From a virus: a stretch of 64,000 bases of DNA. The position numbers and the translations under genes are program-made. The notes under the pieces are model-generated. The model worked only from the letters and a program-made list of their open reading frames with translations. It searched no databases and had not been told where the DNA came from. The stretch is taken from positions 1 through 64,000 of IMG/VR virus record IMGVR_UViG_3300050821_006485. One strand, 5' to 3'. How positions within the stretch are numbered: position 1 is the stretch's first letter; each line of letters opens with the position of its first letter. Positions 42,085-52,327 of the stretch are shown in pieces.

Positions 42085-42661
42085 AACTCTCATTGGAAAT
42101 AGATACGGAAGGGTAATTATTCTTGGAAGGGACCCGACTAAGTACAAATCAAACTATGCCATAATAAGGTGCGATTGCGGAAAAAAGAAATCAGTACTAA
42201 CAAGAGACTTACTTTTAGGAAAAACTAAAAGTTGTGGATGCTTAAGAGAAGAGATCATAGCAAAAGGAAGAGACAATACCAATAGAAACGCCAATAGCCG
42301 CGCTTACAACACCAATATTAAAACGGAAGTATTGGGACATTATAGTCCTAATGGAATTTTGAAGTGCTCTGACAACGATTGTTGTATAAATGATATCGAC
42401 ATGTTGACTTTGGATCATGTTAATAATGACGGGGCTAAAGACCGACAAGAAGGTAGAAAACAAACCGGAGTAGCTTTATACGGAATGTTAAAAAGAGCGG
42501 GTTATCCAGAAGGATTTTCTACTCTTTGCTGCAATCATCAGATGAAAAAGGATTTAAATCTTAGAAGAAACTTGGCATGTAAAAAAGCTATATTTTCTTA
42601 TATCATACCGATGATGCTCATAGGTTCTTATGGAAAGGACCTTCAAACATGCCCAGTTTAG
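42074..42661 (+). CDS. HNH-type homing endonuclease
   Basis: G.RYGR...CDCG...G.TKSCGC N-domain; LTLDHVNNDG...LCCNH. Confidence 0.75.
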   Translation: MKAETLIGNRYGRVIILGRDPTKYKSNYAIIRCDCGKKKSVLTRDLLLGKTKSCGCLREEIIAKGRDNTNRNANSRAYNTNIKTEVLGHYSPNGILKCSDNDCCINDIDMLTLDHVNNDGAKDRQEGRKQTGVALYGMLKRAGYPEGFSTLCCNHQMKKDLNLRRNLACKKAIFSYIIPMMLIGSYGKDLQTCPV

Positions 42662-42912
42662 TAAAGAAGCCACATGATCCCTTTTGGGATGGACCATTAA
42701 CCAGAAAAGAAGCCCAAGCGGCTTTTGATAAGTTGGGAAGAAACGATGCGGAACTATCGGCCATGGCGGATACGGCCTCGATTTTGATAAATTATCTCTG
42801 TGAAAAGGCTGGTGTAAAGCGAGAAGACGTAGACGCATACGTAGAAGAGAAGAAAGTTTTGATGGCAGTAGAACGGGAACGTTTGCGGCAGGAAGCAGCG
42901 GCTAATGCTTAG
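42649..42912 (+). CDS. hypothetical protein
   Basis: Within the operon. Confidence 0.6.
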   Translation: MPSLVKKPHDPFWDGPLTRKEAQAAFDKLGRNDAELSAMADTASILINYLCEKAGVKREDVDAYVEEKKVLMAVERERLRQEAAANA

Positions 42913-43630
42913 GGAAGATTACGAGTGCTACGTATGTCCCCAGGAATTCCAAGATAGGTTGACGGAGTTGGGCGGTATAAATAGATATGACAAACCTAAC
43001 TTCCTTTGCGTGTGGGGCCAAGGTGGCCAAGACGAGTGCTTATATCGCTCGGGGGGTGCTTGGCATGTGCCAGGCGAGCCCTCGTATTACGGCTACCGTG
43101 ACCTTCTGATTGGCGGGGGTGTGCCGGGGTGGTGCTTGCTTCAGTGGCAGGATGCTATTTGCTTTGGTACGCCCGAGAGTTACTACGTGCAAAATCTGGA
43201 CGAAGAAACGCAGTTGCAGGACCTAGGCGAGTATCCATACCAAGGAAAATACGTTTTGCTATACTCCATGGTGTGGAGAGACATGAGTTCTGGCAAGATG
43301 AAACTCGAATCTATGCCACTGAATTCGTTTATTTTGGATACGGTGGTGCCAATCATAATGGAGGCCAAAGAAATTTCTTGGCTTAAGACCAAAGCTGCCC
43401 TTCAAGATATAAAATCTCGTGAGGACAAGCTAGACTGTGACATGATCGAAGATTGTATGCGAGACGCGGCAGTTCCTTTTAAAGGTTCGCCAGTGTCTTA
43501 TGCACGCCAAGGTTGTCGCACAAATTTAATTGACAAAAAAGTAGAATCGCTTACAAGAAATTGGAACAAAATGATCCACAACGCCAAATCATTGGGTAGA
43601 GGCTTAACTCAACGGGGCGTTGCACCATAA
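42905..43630 (+). CDS. hypothetical protein
   Basis: 241 aa, within the operon. Confidence 0.7.
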   Translation: MLREDYECYVCPQEFQDRLTELGGINRYDKPNFLCVWGQGGQDECLYRSGGAWHVPGEPSYYGYRDLLIGGGVPGWCLLQWQDAICFGTPESYYVQNLDEETQLQDLGEYPYQGKYVLLYSMVWRDMSSGKMKLESMPLNSFILDTVVPIIMEAKEISWLKTKAALQDIKSREDKLDCDMIEDCMRDAAVPFKGSPVSYARQGCRTNLIDKKVESLTRNWNKMIHNAKSLGRGLTQRGVAP

Positions 43631-43650
43631 TAGACTTAGGAGAAACAAAA

Positions 43651-44571
43651 ATGGAAGCAACAGTAAGTGCGCCACAGCACAGAGCAGACCTTAGTGCAGG
43701 AATGTCTAAGGCTAATAATCAGGAATTTAATTTTTTTGGAAACCAGTTCCTTAGTAACAGAGAGCCCGAATACTTTGTGTATTTATACAACGTATCGGAA
43801 ACAAAATTTGAAGTGAACCGCACACCCATTGTTGATAGGCTAATCATTGGTCCAAAAAAGTCTGGAGAGGAGTATACACTTGTCGGAAAATTTCCTCAAC
43901 CGCTTTTAATCCCAGTGGGCAATATTGATTCTAACGAAATTGAATTGAAGCCCATGGACGCTCGGCGTTTTGCCATGGATATTTGTAACCCAGATAATTT
44001 TGGGTTAGATCAGAACGCGGTGATTGATCCTAAGCAGGGGACTAGTGCTGGGACTAATAACATTGGCAAGAAGGGCGTGTTCTGGTCTATTAATAACCCG
44101 CCAAAGCCCGAGGAAGTTAAGGCTGCAATTAAACGTATGGAAGCCTTCTATCTAAGCAAATTAGAGGAAGCCCGTACGGTTGAAGTTTCCGCGCCCGCTA
44201 CTTTGAAAGACGTGCTTGGCCCCGAACATCATCAGGCCGCCGATTATTACGCAGAATCATTCAGTTGGCACGGAAAACGTTCAAAGCCCGCCGATTGTCC
44301 TAACTGCGGTTCTCGTATCATAGCAGGAGCAGCGTTCCACAGAACTGATGAAGGTGGGATGTGTATTATTTCTTGGCCAAAGGCCGTTGCTGCCGGTGTG
44401 AGAACTCGTGCACAAGCGTACGAAGCCACGGGAGATGAGCAGTTTGCTCCGAAGGCTCCTCAGCCGCTTGCCCAAGTAGTCTCCCAGACCACCGAGACCG
44501 CTCCCAAGGCGAACGCTAGGCAAGCACAAGCGGGTACCCAGGCGGGTGCCAAGCAAGAGACCCAAGTTTAA
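43651..44571 (+). CDS. hypothetical protein with CPNCG motif
   Basis: 306 aa; SD AGGAG. Confidence 0.7.
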   Translation: MEATVSAPQHRADLSAGMSKANNQEFNFFGNQFLSNREPEYFVYLYNVSETKFEVNRTPIVDRLIIGPKKSGEEYTLVGKFPQPLLIPVGNIDSNEIELKPMDARRFAMDICNPDNFGLDQNAVIDPKQGTSAGTNNIGKKGVFWSINNPPKPEEVKAAIKRMEAFYLSKLEEARTVEVSAPATLKDVLGPEHHQAADYYAESFSWHGKRSKPADCPNCGSRIIAGAAFHRTDEGGMCIISWPKAVAAGVRTRAQAYEATGDEQFAPKAPQPLAQVVSQTTETAPKANARQAQAGTQAGAKQETQV

Positions 44572-44672
44572 CCACAACCTTGGCATCCAAAAGGTCCGCC
44601 GAATAGGTGCGTCCTGAGTCCGTGCTGAAAAGCAGTGGCTTTGAGGGTGCCATGTTTCACCAGTAGTTGCAA

Positions 44673-44707
44673 GGCCCGCTCAGGGAACACCTGGGCGGGT
44701 CTTTTTT
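44673..44707 (+). terminator. intrinsic terminator
   Basis: GGCCCGCTCAGG/CCTGGGCGGGTC followed by T6. Confidence 0.8.
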
Positions 44708-44726
44708 AATTTCTAAGGAGGTTTCA

Positions 44727-45554
44727 TTGAGTAGCCCAACAATTGCATTAGGACCGTACCCGTCCCTTGCTACCATAATGGACCTTACGCGCAGTCTCGT
44801 GAATGATGCCCAGGCAGGTGCTACGGGTACACCAGGCGAAGGCCAGATTTTAACAAATAATCCAGTTATCTCCCCGTTTACACAACCTTTTTTGAATTCA
44901 GCAATTCGCCAATTGTACAGGGAGTTAAGAAACATTGGCCAGGCGACCTTGATAAAAGATAATGTTGTTATTTTAAATATTCCCCCTTTAACTAGTCCTA
45001 CTTATGGGCTCGGAATGGCGGACGCCGCTGTACAAACGTTTTTAGGCTTTGGCGGTTATTTCGACGGCTTTCAAATGAATTCCAACATTGTTCTTCCTAG
45101 TGATGTTTTATTCGTAGAAAAGGTTTGGGAACGGCAGAGCAACACACCTAATGATTTTATACCAATGATTCAGCCGCAGTCTGGCCTACGTTCCCGACGA
45201 CAAACTCCGGCACTCTACGAGTGGGAATGGAGAAATGATTCTGTATGGATGGTGGGCAGTACGCAAACGCGTGACTTGAGGTTGCGCTACATGGCTTCTC
45301 TCCCGCAATTTTTTAGTCCCACATTAGACCTCACGGCTACGTATGTTCCAGTTATGGACAGTGAAGATGTTTTGGCCTACAAAACTGCGGTTCTCTATGC
45401 GAGAATGTTAGGATCACCCGGTTTGCCTGATTTAATCGCAGAAGCTAAGGAGCAAACATTTCAGTTGAAGAATCAAAATACCCGTAGGGGTCAATCGGTC
45501 GATTATCATAGAATCCCCCACGGTTCTCATCAAGACTACCACGGAAGGTACTAA
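44727..45554 (+). CDS. putative head-tail adaptor protein
   Basis: TTG after AAGGAGG; R.LVND...FLNSA...LP.D...LRLRY pattern; first gene of the tail block. Confidence 0.55.
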   Translation: MSSPTIALGPYPSLATIMDLTRSLVNDAQAGATGTPGEGQILTNNPVISPFTQPFLNSAIRQLYRELRNIGQATLIKDNVVILNIPPLTSPTYGLGMADAAVQTFLGFGGYFDGFQMNSNIVLPSDVLFVEKVWERQSNTPNDFIPMIQPQSGLRSRRQTPALYEWEWRNDSVWMVGSTQTRDLRLRYMASLPQFFSPTLDLTATYVPVMDSEDVLAYKTAVLYARMLGSPGLPDLIAEAKEQTFQLKNQNTRRGQSVDYHRIPHGSHQDYHGRY

Positions 45555-45557
45555 GTA

Positions 45558-48500
45558 ATGGCATTACTTCGCTACGATGGTTTTGTAAAGAGCGCTTTGG
45601 GACAAGCCATAGCTGGCGCACAGATTTATGCATGTACTCAGCCTGCCAATACCGCTTTTATACCGCCTTCTCCCTTACTATCAATTTTTTCAGACATTAA
45701 TGGGAACTCGTTAATTACCCAACCTCTTCGGGCCGATGGTTTTGGTCATTTTGATTTTTATATCCCCAGCACCACATTCACCCTTGTTATTGTTAACGGG
45801 GGGAAAGTACAACAGGTATACGCAGACCAGGCCCCAATGGGCAGCTTCGGGAGTGGCGGAGGAAGCATTGATTTAGGGGACCTTGCTAGTACCGACCCGG
45901 CATCTGCCTTGAGCCCTTATGTCGCAAACGACGCAAACCCAAACATTGCTTTGAATCAGATTGTAATGATTAATAGGGGCTCCATCCCGGTAGATACTAA
46001 GCGTAAAGTCCTTAATGTTTATTTGGAGGTTAATGGGCAGCAATCCGGGGCAAATTACGATGGATTTCAATCTAACGTAGGGGTTACGATAGATGCAAAC
46101 ACATCCCCCTCCGCAGGGGCAGCCGAAGCCGGAGAATTTTCTACCTCCGTGTTTGGACCGGGTCCCTTTAGTCAGATAAATGCTCTAAAAACAAGAACCA
46201 GCATACTAAACGGGGCTAACTTAACTAATGTAATAGGTTATTCACAGTACCTTCCGCAATTTGATTCTGGAACTACAACTTCTAATTATTTCGGAATTTT
46301 CCAAGATAACCCATCTGGTGGTGGAAACGTTACGAATTGGGTGGGAGCCTCTTTGCAGGCCCCGATTAGCGGGGTTAATGTTACCAATGGCTACGGAATT
46401 CTATGCAGCGGTGGAACGGCAGCCCTTGTAGCAAACGATGCTACGCCTTCGCATGGTTTCATAGGGCACGGTTCCACCCCTGGGGGCTCGCCTGGCACTC
46501 TCCACGATGGCTGGTATGGCATTACGGGGTCTCCCGAGGGCGTGCTTACTGCTAACATAGGCTCCATAGCTTCTCGCCAAGACGGTGGGCCTGGTACAGC
46601 CCTATACGTAAAGGAAACCGGCTCTGGTAACGTTGGGTGGACGGCGGTGACCTCTACGTCTAACGCAACCAATTTGCAAGGCACCCCAATAAGTACCGTA
46701 GGACCTACTTCTCTTCAAGTTTTGCAGTTCGTAGGGGGGAAGTGGACCCCGGAAACTGTGGCCGGAATCTCCACGTATAACGTGGCTCACTCAACGGACT
46801 ATATTTGGTCTATTGTAGCAGGAGTGGGCTTTGGCGCATTAACTGCGGGAACTCCAGCTACGGTAACCTTTGCTACCGCGCCACAAGGCATTGATTGCAG
46901 CGGCAGGGCGTGTACGCCGTACTGGATTTATATATCTGGAGTTGGCACAGCCGAAGCCGTAAAGGTTACCGGAGGTACTTGTACTTCTGGTGCACTTAAT
47001 TGCACTGTACAATTTACCCCGTTTTTTAGTCACAGCACCGGCTACACCCTTGGCACTGCTACAGCAGGAATTCAGGAAGCTCTAAACATTGCTTGTGGTG
47101 TTGATCCTAATCCAATTTTGAATGGATATTGCAAAGTTATTGTTCCTCCATCGGCTATAGGGTTTTCTTATCCCGTGCACGCAACTATTACGATGTGCAC
47201 TACGGAGTCTTCTTTAGAGGGGTATGGAGCAACCCTGGCTTGCGATTCTAGGGGGCCGTGCTTGCAAATTGGGGACTTGGTTCTTTCTACCCATGCCAAT
47301 TCTAACACTGTACAGGGCCTTACATTTAGACCGACGCCATTGCTTTCTACTTCCGACTACGTGGGAAACCTAATTACCAGCACTTCTCGTGCTAGTGGGG
47401 TTTCCACGATAAACACCAATGCGTCCCATAATTTTAGAGTGGGCGATCCGGTTACAATTCTTTTTACGGATGACACCCGCTATTGGGGGGATGTTCCGCA
47501 GATCGCATCGGTACCGTCTTCTACATCCTTTACTTACAATTCTACCGGCAGAGGGGATGCTACACTGCAAACAACTCCCGGACTCGTGGCGCTTACATAT
47601 GTCTGCGTTTTAGATAACGCCAATGGTACCGCCCTACGTGACTTAAAAGTAGATTATGAGGCCAGCGCGGGGGCTTTTAATGGCATATTCGATTTGTGGG
47701 ACGATGAGGATTGCACTATTGATAATTTTACAAACAATGGGATCGCATTAAACAGAAATATTAACTGGTCTCCTTCGTTTATTGCTTCTTACGGAGCAAA
47801 CAATTTACCCAGTGCTACACAGCAGTTAGCCGCTGTTCTTAGCTTATCTAACACAAGTATAACCGCACAATCGGCTAACGCTATTACCTTTTTTAATTGC
47901 AACGGGTTGTATATAGATAACACCGTTTTGCAAGCCACCGGACCTTGGCAGGTAAATTGTTCTAATCAAACGGGCAATTTTCAAGGCGCGTCTATTAGAA
48001 ACCTTTATTCAGAGTCTGGAGCCGGTCTTAATCCGGTTTCTCCGGCTAGAAGTCCTTGGCCCGGCTTGGGAACCGCCGGGCTAATCGCGGGGCCTTCTAC
48101 CGGCGCGGCATCCTTTAATATCCGTGGGAATGGTAATGTAGCGGGGGCTTATCCTATAGTTGGAACCGGTTCTACTAATTATATTTATTACGTAGTAGCC
48201 CATGACACCACCGCAGGAACCTCTACTCCACCGCTGCCAGTTATGTATGCCAAATCTAATGGTGGAGCTGTTACCGTATCTTGGCCTAGAATCGCCAACG
48301 GTACCGACGCATTTACTTATGATGTATTAAGGGTAGCTTCAGCAAGTGGAACCATAGCAGACCCATTAAGCATTTCGCCCTATACAGGGGGATGCCCAGG
48401 CGGATCAACTTCTGCTATGGGCAGTGTTGTAGTTGGACAAGCGCAGCAGTCTGGGTTTATACAAACATTTTCTGATGACACGACAGTTGCTACTACAAGT

Positions 48501-49229
48501 TATCCAACAGTTCCTACTGGGAATTATTTAGGGAACATTACTTTTTGGCCGGGGCAATCTATCACTACAAACGCTATTGTACACAGCGATTTTCCTTTGT
48601 TTGTAATGCAAACTGGTATGCTCGGGAACCCAACGAATGATTGTATGTACGCAGCAAATGGAGGGGCACAATCTCCTTCTACCACTACAGCGGTATCAAC
48701 ATTTTGGGACGCCGGTAACGGTCTTGTTAATCACCAAGCATTGGTTCTTAATGACGGGCCTAATAATGGTTCTTGGGGTAGTAATAAAAGAGGCCGACTA
48801 AACTTCGGCACCTCTGGAGGAAGTAGTTTAAATCCGGGACACATTATAACGCTGGTAGATAGCAATCCACTAAAAACCAGAGCGTACTCTTTAAACCGCC
48901 CCCCTAATTCGAGTAACGACACGTTTATCGGCTTAGATAGTGGTAATGTTGGCTTGGCATCCGCTCAGCTCACCCTCGGCGCACCCATAGCTATCTCCCA
49001 GTATATTTCTAATATCGGTGACGGAGCTTCTTGGTTGGAACGTTTGACTGCCACTAAGAAGCAGTTTGCGGTTCCTGTGCAGTTGGCATCGTATACCTTT
49101 GCGACCCTTCCTAGTTTGCCGGATGGGTCTTCCGCCTATTGCTCTAACTGTACAAGAGGCGGCGCTTGCGGCAGCGGCGGTACCGGAGCTTTAGCGGTGC
49201 ATATTAACGGAGGATGGGCGTGTTTATAA
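45558..49229 (+). CDS. tail fibre/tailspike
   Basis: 1223 aa, G/S/T-rich; GSPEGVLTANIGS...LYVKETGSGNVGW motif, GIQEALN and a beta-helix-like middle; N-domain shared with 49555. Confidence 0.75.
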   Translation: MALLRYDGFVKSALGQAIAGAQIYACTQPANTAFIPPSPLLSIFSDINGNSLITQPLRADGFGHFDFYIPSTTFTLVIVNGGKVQQVYADQAPMGSFGSGGGSIDLGDLASTDPASALSPYVANDANPNIALNQIVMINRGSIPVDTKRKVLNVYLEVNGQQSGANYDGFQSNVGVTIDANTSPSAGAAEAGEFSTSVFGPGPFSQINALKTRTSILNGANLTNVIGYSQYLPQFDSGTTTSNYFGIFQDNPSGGGNVTNWVGASLQAPISGVNVTNGYGILCSGGTAALVANDATPSHGFIGHGSTPGGSPGTLHDGWYGITGSPEGVLTANIGSIASRQDGGPGTALYVKETGSGNVGWTAVTSTSNATNLQGTPISTVGPTSLQVLQFVGGKWTPETVAGISTYNVAHSTDYIWSIVAGVGFGALTAGTPATVTFATAPQGIDCSGRACTPYWIYISGVGTAEAVKVTGGTCTSGALNCTVQFTPFFSHSTGYTLGTATAGIQEALNIACGVDPNPILNGYCKVIVPPSAIGFSYPVHATITMCTTESSLEGYGATLACDSRGPCLQIGDLVLSTHANSNTVQGLTFRPTPLLSTSDYVGNLITSTSRASGVSTINTNASHNFRVGDPVTILFTDDTRYWGDVPQIASVPSSTSFTYNSTGRGDATLQTTPGLVALTYVCVLDNANGTALRDLKVDYEASAGAFNGIFDLWDDEDCTIDNFTNNGIALNRNINWSPSFIASYGANNLPSATQQLAAVLSLSNTSITAQSANAITFFNCNGLYIDNTVLQATGPWQVNCSNQTGNFQGASIRNLYSESGAGLNPVSPARSPWPGLGTAGLIAGPSTGAASFNIRGNGNVAGAYPIVGTGSTNYIYYVVAHDTTAGTSTPPLPVMYAKSNGGAVTVSWPRIANGTDAFTYDVLRVASASGTIADPLSISPYTGGCPGGSTSAMGSVVVGQAQQSGFIQTFSDDTTVATTSYPTVPTGNYLGNITFWPGQSITTNAIVHSDFPLFVMQTGMLGNPTNDCMYAANGGAQSPSTTTAVSTFWDAGNGLVNHQALVLNDGPNNGSWGSNKRGRLNFGTSGGSSLNPGHIITLVDSNPLKTRAYSLNRPPNSSNDTFIGLDSGNVGLASAQLTLGAPIAISQYISNIGDGASWLERLTATKKQFAVPVQLASYTFATLPSLPDGSSAYCSNCTRGGACGSGGTGALAVHINGGWACL

Positions 49230-49555
49230 AACCAAAAATGCCCAAAGCTGTGAGGATTTACACGCAGCTTGGTTGTAATCCGTGCGCAGAAACCGAGAAA
49301 TATTTCGCAGAACACGGGGTATCTACAGAAATAATAATCGTAGATGATTTGCTTAAGCAAGCTATCCCAAAAGAGTTGGGCATGAAGGAAATTCTAACGC
49401 CAATTACCGTATGCTATACAGGAGAAAATCCTCAGCTTGTAGTTGGGTATAACCCACAAGTCTTTGATGTGTTCATTAATAACTCTAAGAATTTCAAGGA
49501 ACCAAGATATTTAGGACCGCCGGTTATTGAAGGCGCAACGTTGCAGGAGGCATAA
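49214..49555 (+). CDS. glutaredoxin/NrdH-like protein
   Basis: IYTQLGCNPC...TP...VVGYNP. Confidence 0.75.
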   Translation: MGVFIKPKMPKAVRIYTQLGCNPCAETEKYFAEHGVSTEIIIVDDLLKQAIPKELGMKEILTPITVCYTGENPQLVVGYNPQVFDVFINNSKNFKEPRYLGPPVIEGATLQEA

Positions 49556-50886
49556 TGCCAACTTATTTTCGTTATGATTCCTGGGTCAAGTCGGTTCTTG
49601 GTCAGGCCGTAGCTGGGGCACAGATTTGGGTCTGTACACAACCTGCGAATGTAACGCCGCCAGTTACTCCGCCCAGAACTACTCCGGTACCGTGGGCAGG
49701 CCCTAATCCGCAAGCGCCGATTTTCTCAGACCCTAACGGAGTTTCATTAGTTACTCAGCCTCTCCTGAGTGACGGTTTTGGGCATTATAATTTCTATGCA
49801 GCGCCCGGCATTTACACGGTAGTTGTCTACAACCAGGGTAAACTACAAAATTTCTACCCGGATCAATCCCTTGGTAATATCAGTACGAATACCATTACGG
49901 GCACTTCTATTTTATTCGAAACGAACGGCGTAGCGGATGCCCAGCAATTACTAAGAAATCTTGTGAGTACGCCAAGCGTGTCCGTGGCAACCGATGGGTC
50001 CGGGAACACCACATTTGGCGTAACGGGGACTGCGTTAACGTTGAAAACCAATGGCGTAGTTAACGGAAACCAGTTTCTTTTGAATTTGCAGGATGGGGCT
50101 GGCGTTCATATTACGCAGGACGGGGCTGGGAATGTAGCAATTATTAATACTGCTATTCCAATTTTTAAAACTAATGGCGTTACAAACGGGAACCAATCAC
50201 TATTAAATTTAGTAAACGGGACCGGAATTAATATTACTCAAGATGGGTCTGGGAATACTACTATTAACAGTACTATTACCCCTTTGCTGCTAAAAACCAA
50301 TGGTACTACAAACGGGAGCCAATCTCTCCTAAATCTTTTAGACGGCACCGGTATCCATATTACACAAGATGGGTCTGGGAATACTACAGTTAATTCTACC
50401 TTAGCTTTAAAGACTAATGGGGTTACGAACGGCAGTCAGACTCTTTTAAATTTGGTAGACGGAACCGGAACGCATATTACCCAAGACGGAGTTGGTAACG
50501 TTACTATTAATAACACCTCTACACTAAGAACTGGTGCAATTATTTACACAATAGACGGCGGTGGATCGGTAATTACTACCGGAGCAAAAGGGCAGTTAGA
50601 TATACCTTTAAATTGCACTGTTACAGGTTGGGTATTAACCGCAGATCAGTCCGGTTCTGCCGTGGTAGATGTTTTGCGTAGTTCTTACGCGGGATTTCCT
50701 AGTACTAGTAGCATAGCTGGTTCTGATAAACCCACGCTTTCTTCAGTACAGAAGAATGAGAATTTATCAATAGGAGCATGGGGTTCTACCGCACTGTTGG
50801 CGGGAGACCAGTTGCAATTTAATGTAAACAGCGCCACCACGGTTCAAAGACTAAATCTAGCTCTTATTGTCACAATGACTGGATAA
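49555..50886 (+). CDS. tail fibre-like protein with ~39-aa repeats
   Basis: N-domain paralogous to 45558; four KTNG..NG.Q.LLNL..G.G..ITQDG.GN repeats; C-terminal IDGGGSVITTG.KG...ADQSGS domain. Confidence 0.75.
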   Translation: MPTYFRYDSWVKSVLGQAVAGAQIWVCTQPANVTPPVTPPRTTPVPWAGPNPQAPIFSDPNGVSLVTQPLLSDGFGHYNFYAAPGIYTVVVYNQGKLQNFYPDQSLGNISTNTITGTSILFETNGVADAQQLLRNLVSTPSVSVATDGSGNTTFGVTGTALTLKTNGVVNGNQFLLNLQDGAGVHITQDGAGNVAIINTAIPIFKTNGVTNGNQSLLNLVNGTGINITQDGSGNTTINSTITPLLLKTNGTTNGSQSLLNLLDGTGIHITQDGSGNTTVNSTLALKTNGVTNGSQTLLNLVDGTGTHITQDGVGNVTINNTSTLRTGAIIYTIDGGGSVITTGAKGQLDIPLNCTVTGWVLTADQSGSAVVDVLRSSYAGFPSTSSIAGSDKPTLSSVQKNENLSIGAWGSTALLAGDQLQFNVNSATTVQRLNLALIVTMTG

Positions 50887-50890
50887 ATAC

Positions 50891-51652
50891 ATGTCTTATG
50901 CATTAGTGCACAGCGGAAGTTATGGGTTAGGTACTTTTTTTACTACTACAACTAATACTACGACCGGCCATTATTCAGTTACTACACAAGCCGGTAATTT
51001 GTTGATACTTGTTATTGCATTTATTAACCAAGACCCAAATGCGTCAGTCCCATCTATAGGCACACCGTCTACCCCTGGATTTACATGGGTATTGGCCGGA
51101 ACAATTACGAGTGATAATTATTTTGATGGTACATTTAATAATCAGCAGTCAATAGCCGTATATTATATAGATAATGCACCTTCGATGGCGGCCAGCGTAA
51201 TAACTTCTGTTGTAGGAACACTGAGTGTAGCTCCCAATAATCATAATGACACATTGAGCTTTGAATTAAGTGAATGGAGCGGTGAAGTTATTGGAAGTGT
51301 AATAGATGTAACCGCAACTGCTAAAGGAATAAGTACTGTTCCATCGGCAGGAAGTATTAACACCAATTTTACAGATTTATTACTTGTTAGTGCTACAGAT
51401 ATAGGAGGAAATACAGAAGGATCGGGGTTTACAGCGCTGAATAATCATAACCCTCCGCCGCATATTACAGCTATAGCAGGGGCAATTAATCAGTATATTT
51501 TGAATGCAGTTCCGGGGACGTATAATACATCGTTTGTTGCTTCGGCTGGAGTTCCACTATATTGCTGGGGGTGTGTTGCCATTGGATTTAAAGCTACCGG
51601 TGGAGGAGGCGGTGGATTTCCTTACTCACACGGCACTCTCATAGGTTTTTAA
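50891..51652 (+). CDS. putative tail-associated beta-sandwich protein
   Basis: AGNLLILVI, T/G/S-rich. Confidence 0.6.
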   Translation: MSYALVHSGSYGLGTFFTTTTNTTTGHYSVTTQAGNLLILVIAFINQDPNASVPSIGTPSTPGFTWVLAGTITSDNYFDGTFNNQQSIAVYYIDNAPSMAASVITSVVGTLSVAPNNHNDTLSFELSEWSGEVIGSVIDVTATAKGISTVPSAGSINTNFTDLLLVSATDIGGNTEGSGFTALNNHNPPPHITAIAGAINQYILNAVPGTYNTSFVASAGVPLYCWGCVAIGFKATGGGGGGFPYSHGTLIGF

Positions 51653-52327
51653 ATGCGCGTCCTTATAGCCGTTCTTAGTTGCTGGGCAATGCGCCACTAT
51701 GAAGATAGCATACGCAATACGTGGGCTAAGGAAGTTCCAGAGGGTGTTGATTATCGGTTTTTTCTAGGCGAGCCCCAAGCAAGTGCGGCACCTGATGAAG
51801 TGTTCCTGCCCGTACAAGATACGTTTGACGGGGTGACCCATAAAGTCGTAGCAATGCTTCAGTGGGCGCTAGATCAAGAGTATTCTCATGTTTTTAAGGC
51901 AGACCTAGACACCCTGATTCGGCCAGCTTCTTTACTACAGAGTGGATTTGAGCAGTATGATTGGGTTGGTGGACAGAACGGATTTTTTCTCAGTGGCGGC
52001 GGGGGCTATTGGTTGAGCAGGAAGGCTATGCAATGCGTGGTAGCTACCCCAATAGAAGGGGGACAGGCTGAGGATGTAAACGTAGCGCGGGTGCTCCTAG
52101 CAAACGGTATAGAACTCCAAGCGGATGCCAGGTATCTATTTTACCCCGGCTCTGTTATGAACGACCAAACGCTTACGATGCATTTATCGAGCGTTAGAGG
52201 TTGGAATGTTAAAGCAACGCCTCAGATGATGTTGGATACGTGGGAAGATCAGAAAAATAGAGTATACAAGAGATATACGTCAGAGCTAGAAGTTAAGTTT
52301 ACTAGGGCACTCAGGAGATTCAGGTGA
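51653..52327 (+). CDS. GT-A glycosyltransferase (GT31/Fringe-like)
   Basis: IRNTW, KADLDT, SGGGGYWLSR.A, EDV.V. Confidence 0.8.
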   Translation: MRVLIAVLSCWAMRHYEDSIRNTWAKEVPEGVDYRFFLGEPQASAAPDEVFLPVQDTFDGVTHKVVAMLQWALDQEYSHVFKADLDTLIRPASLLQSGFEQYDWVGGQNGFFLSGGGGYWLSRKAMQCVVATPIEGGQAEDVNVARVLLANGIELQADARYLFYPGSVMNDQTLTMHLSSVRGWNVKATPQMMLDTWEDQKNRVYKRYTSELEVKFTRALRRFR

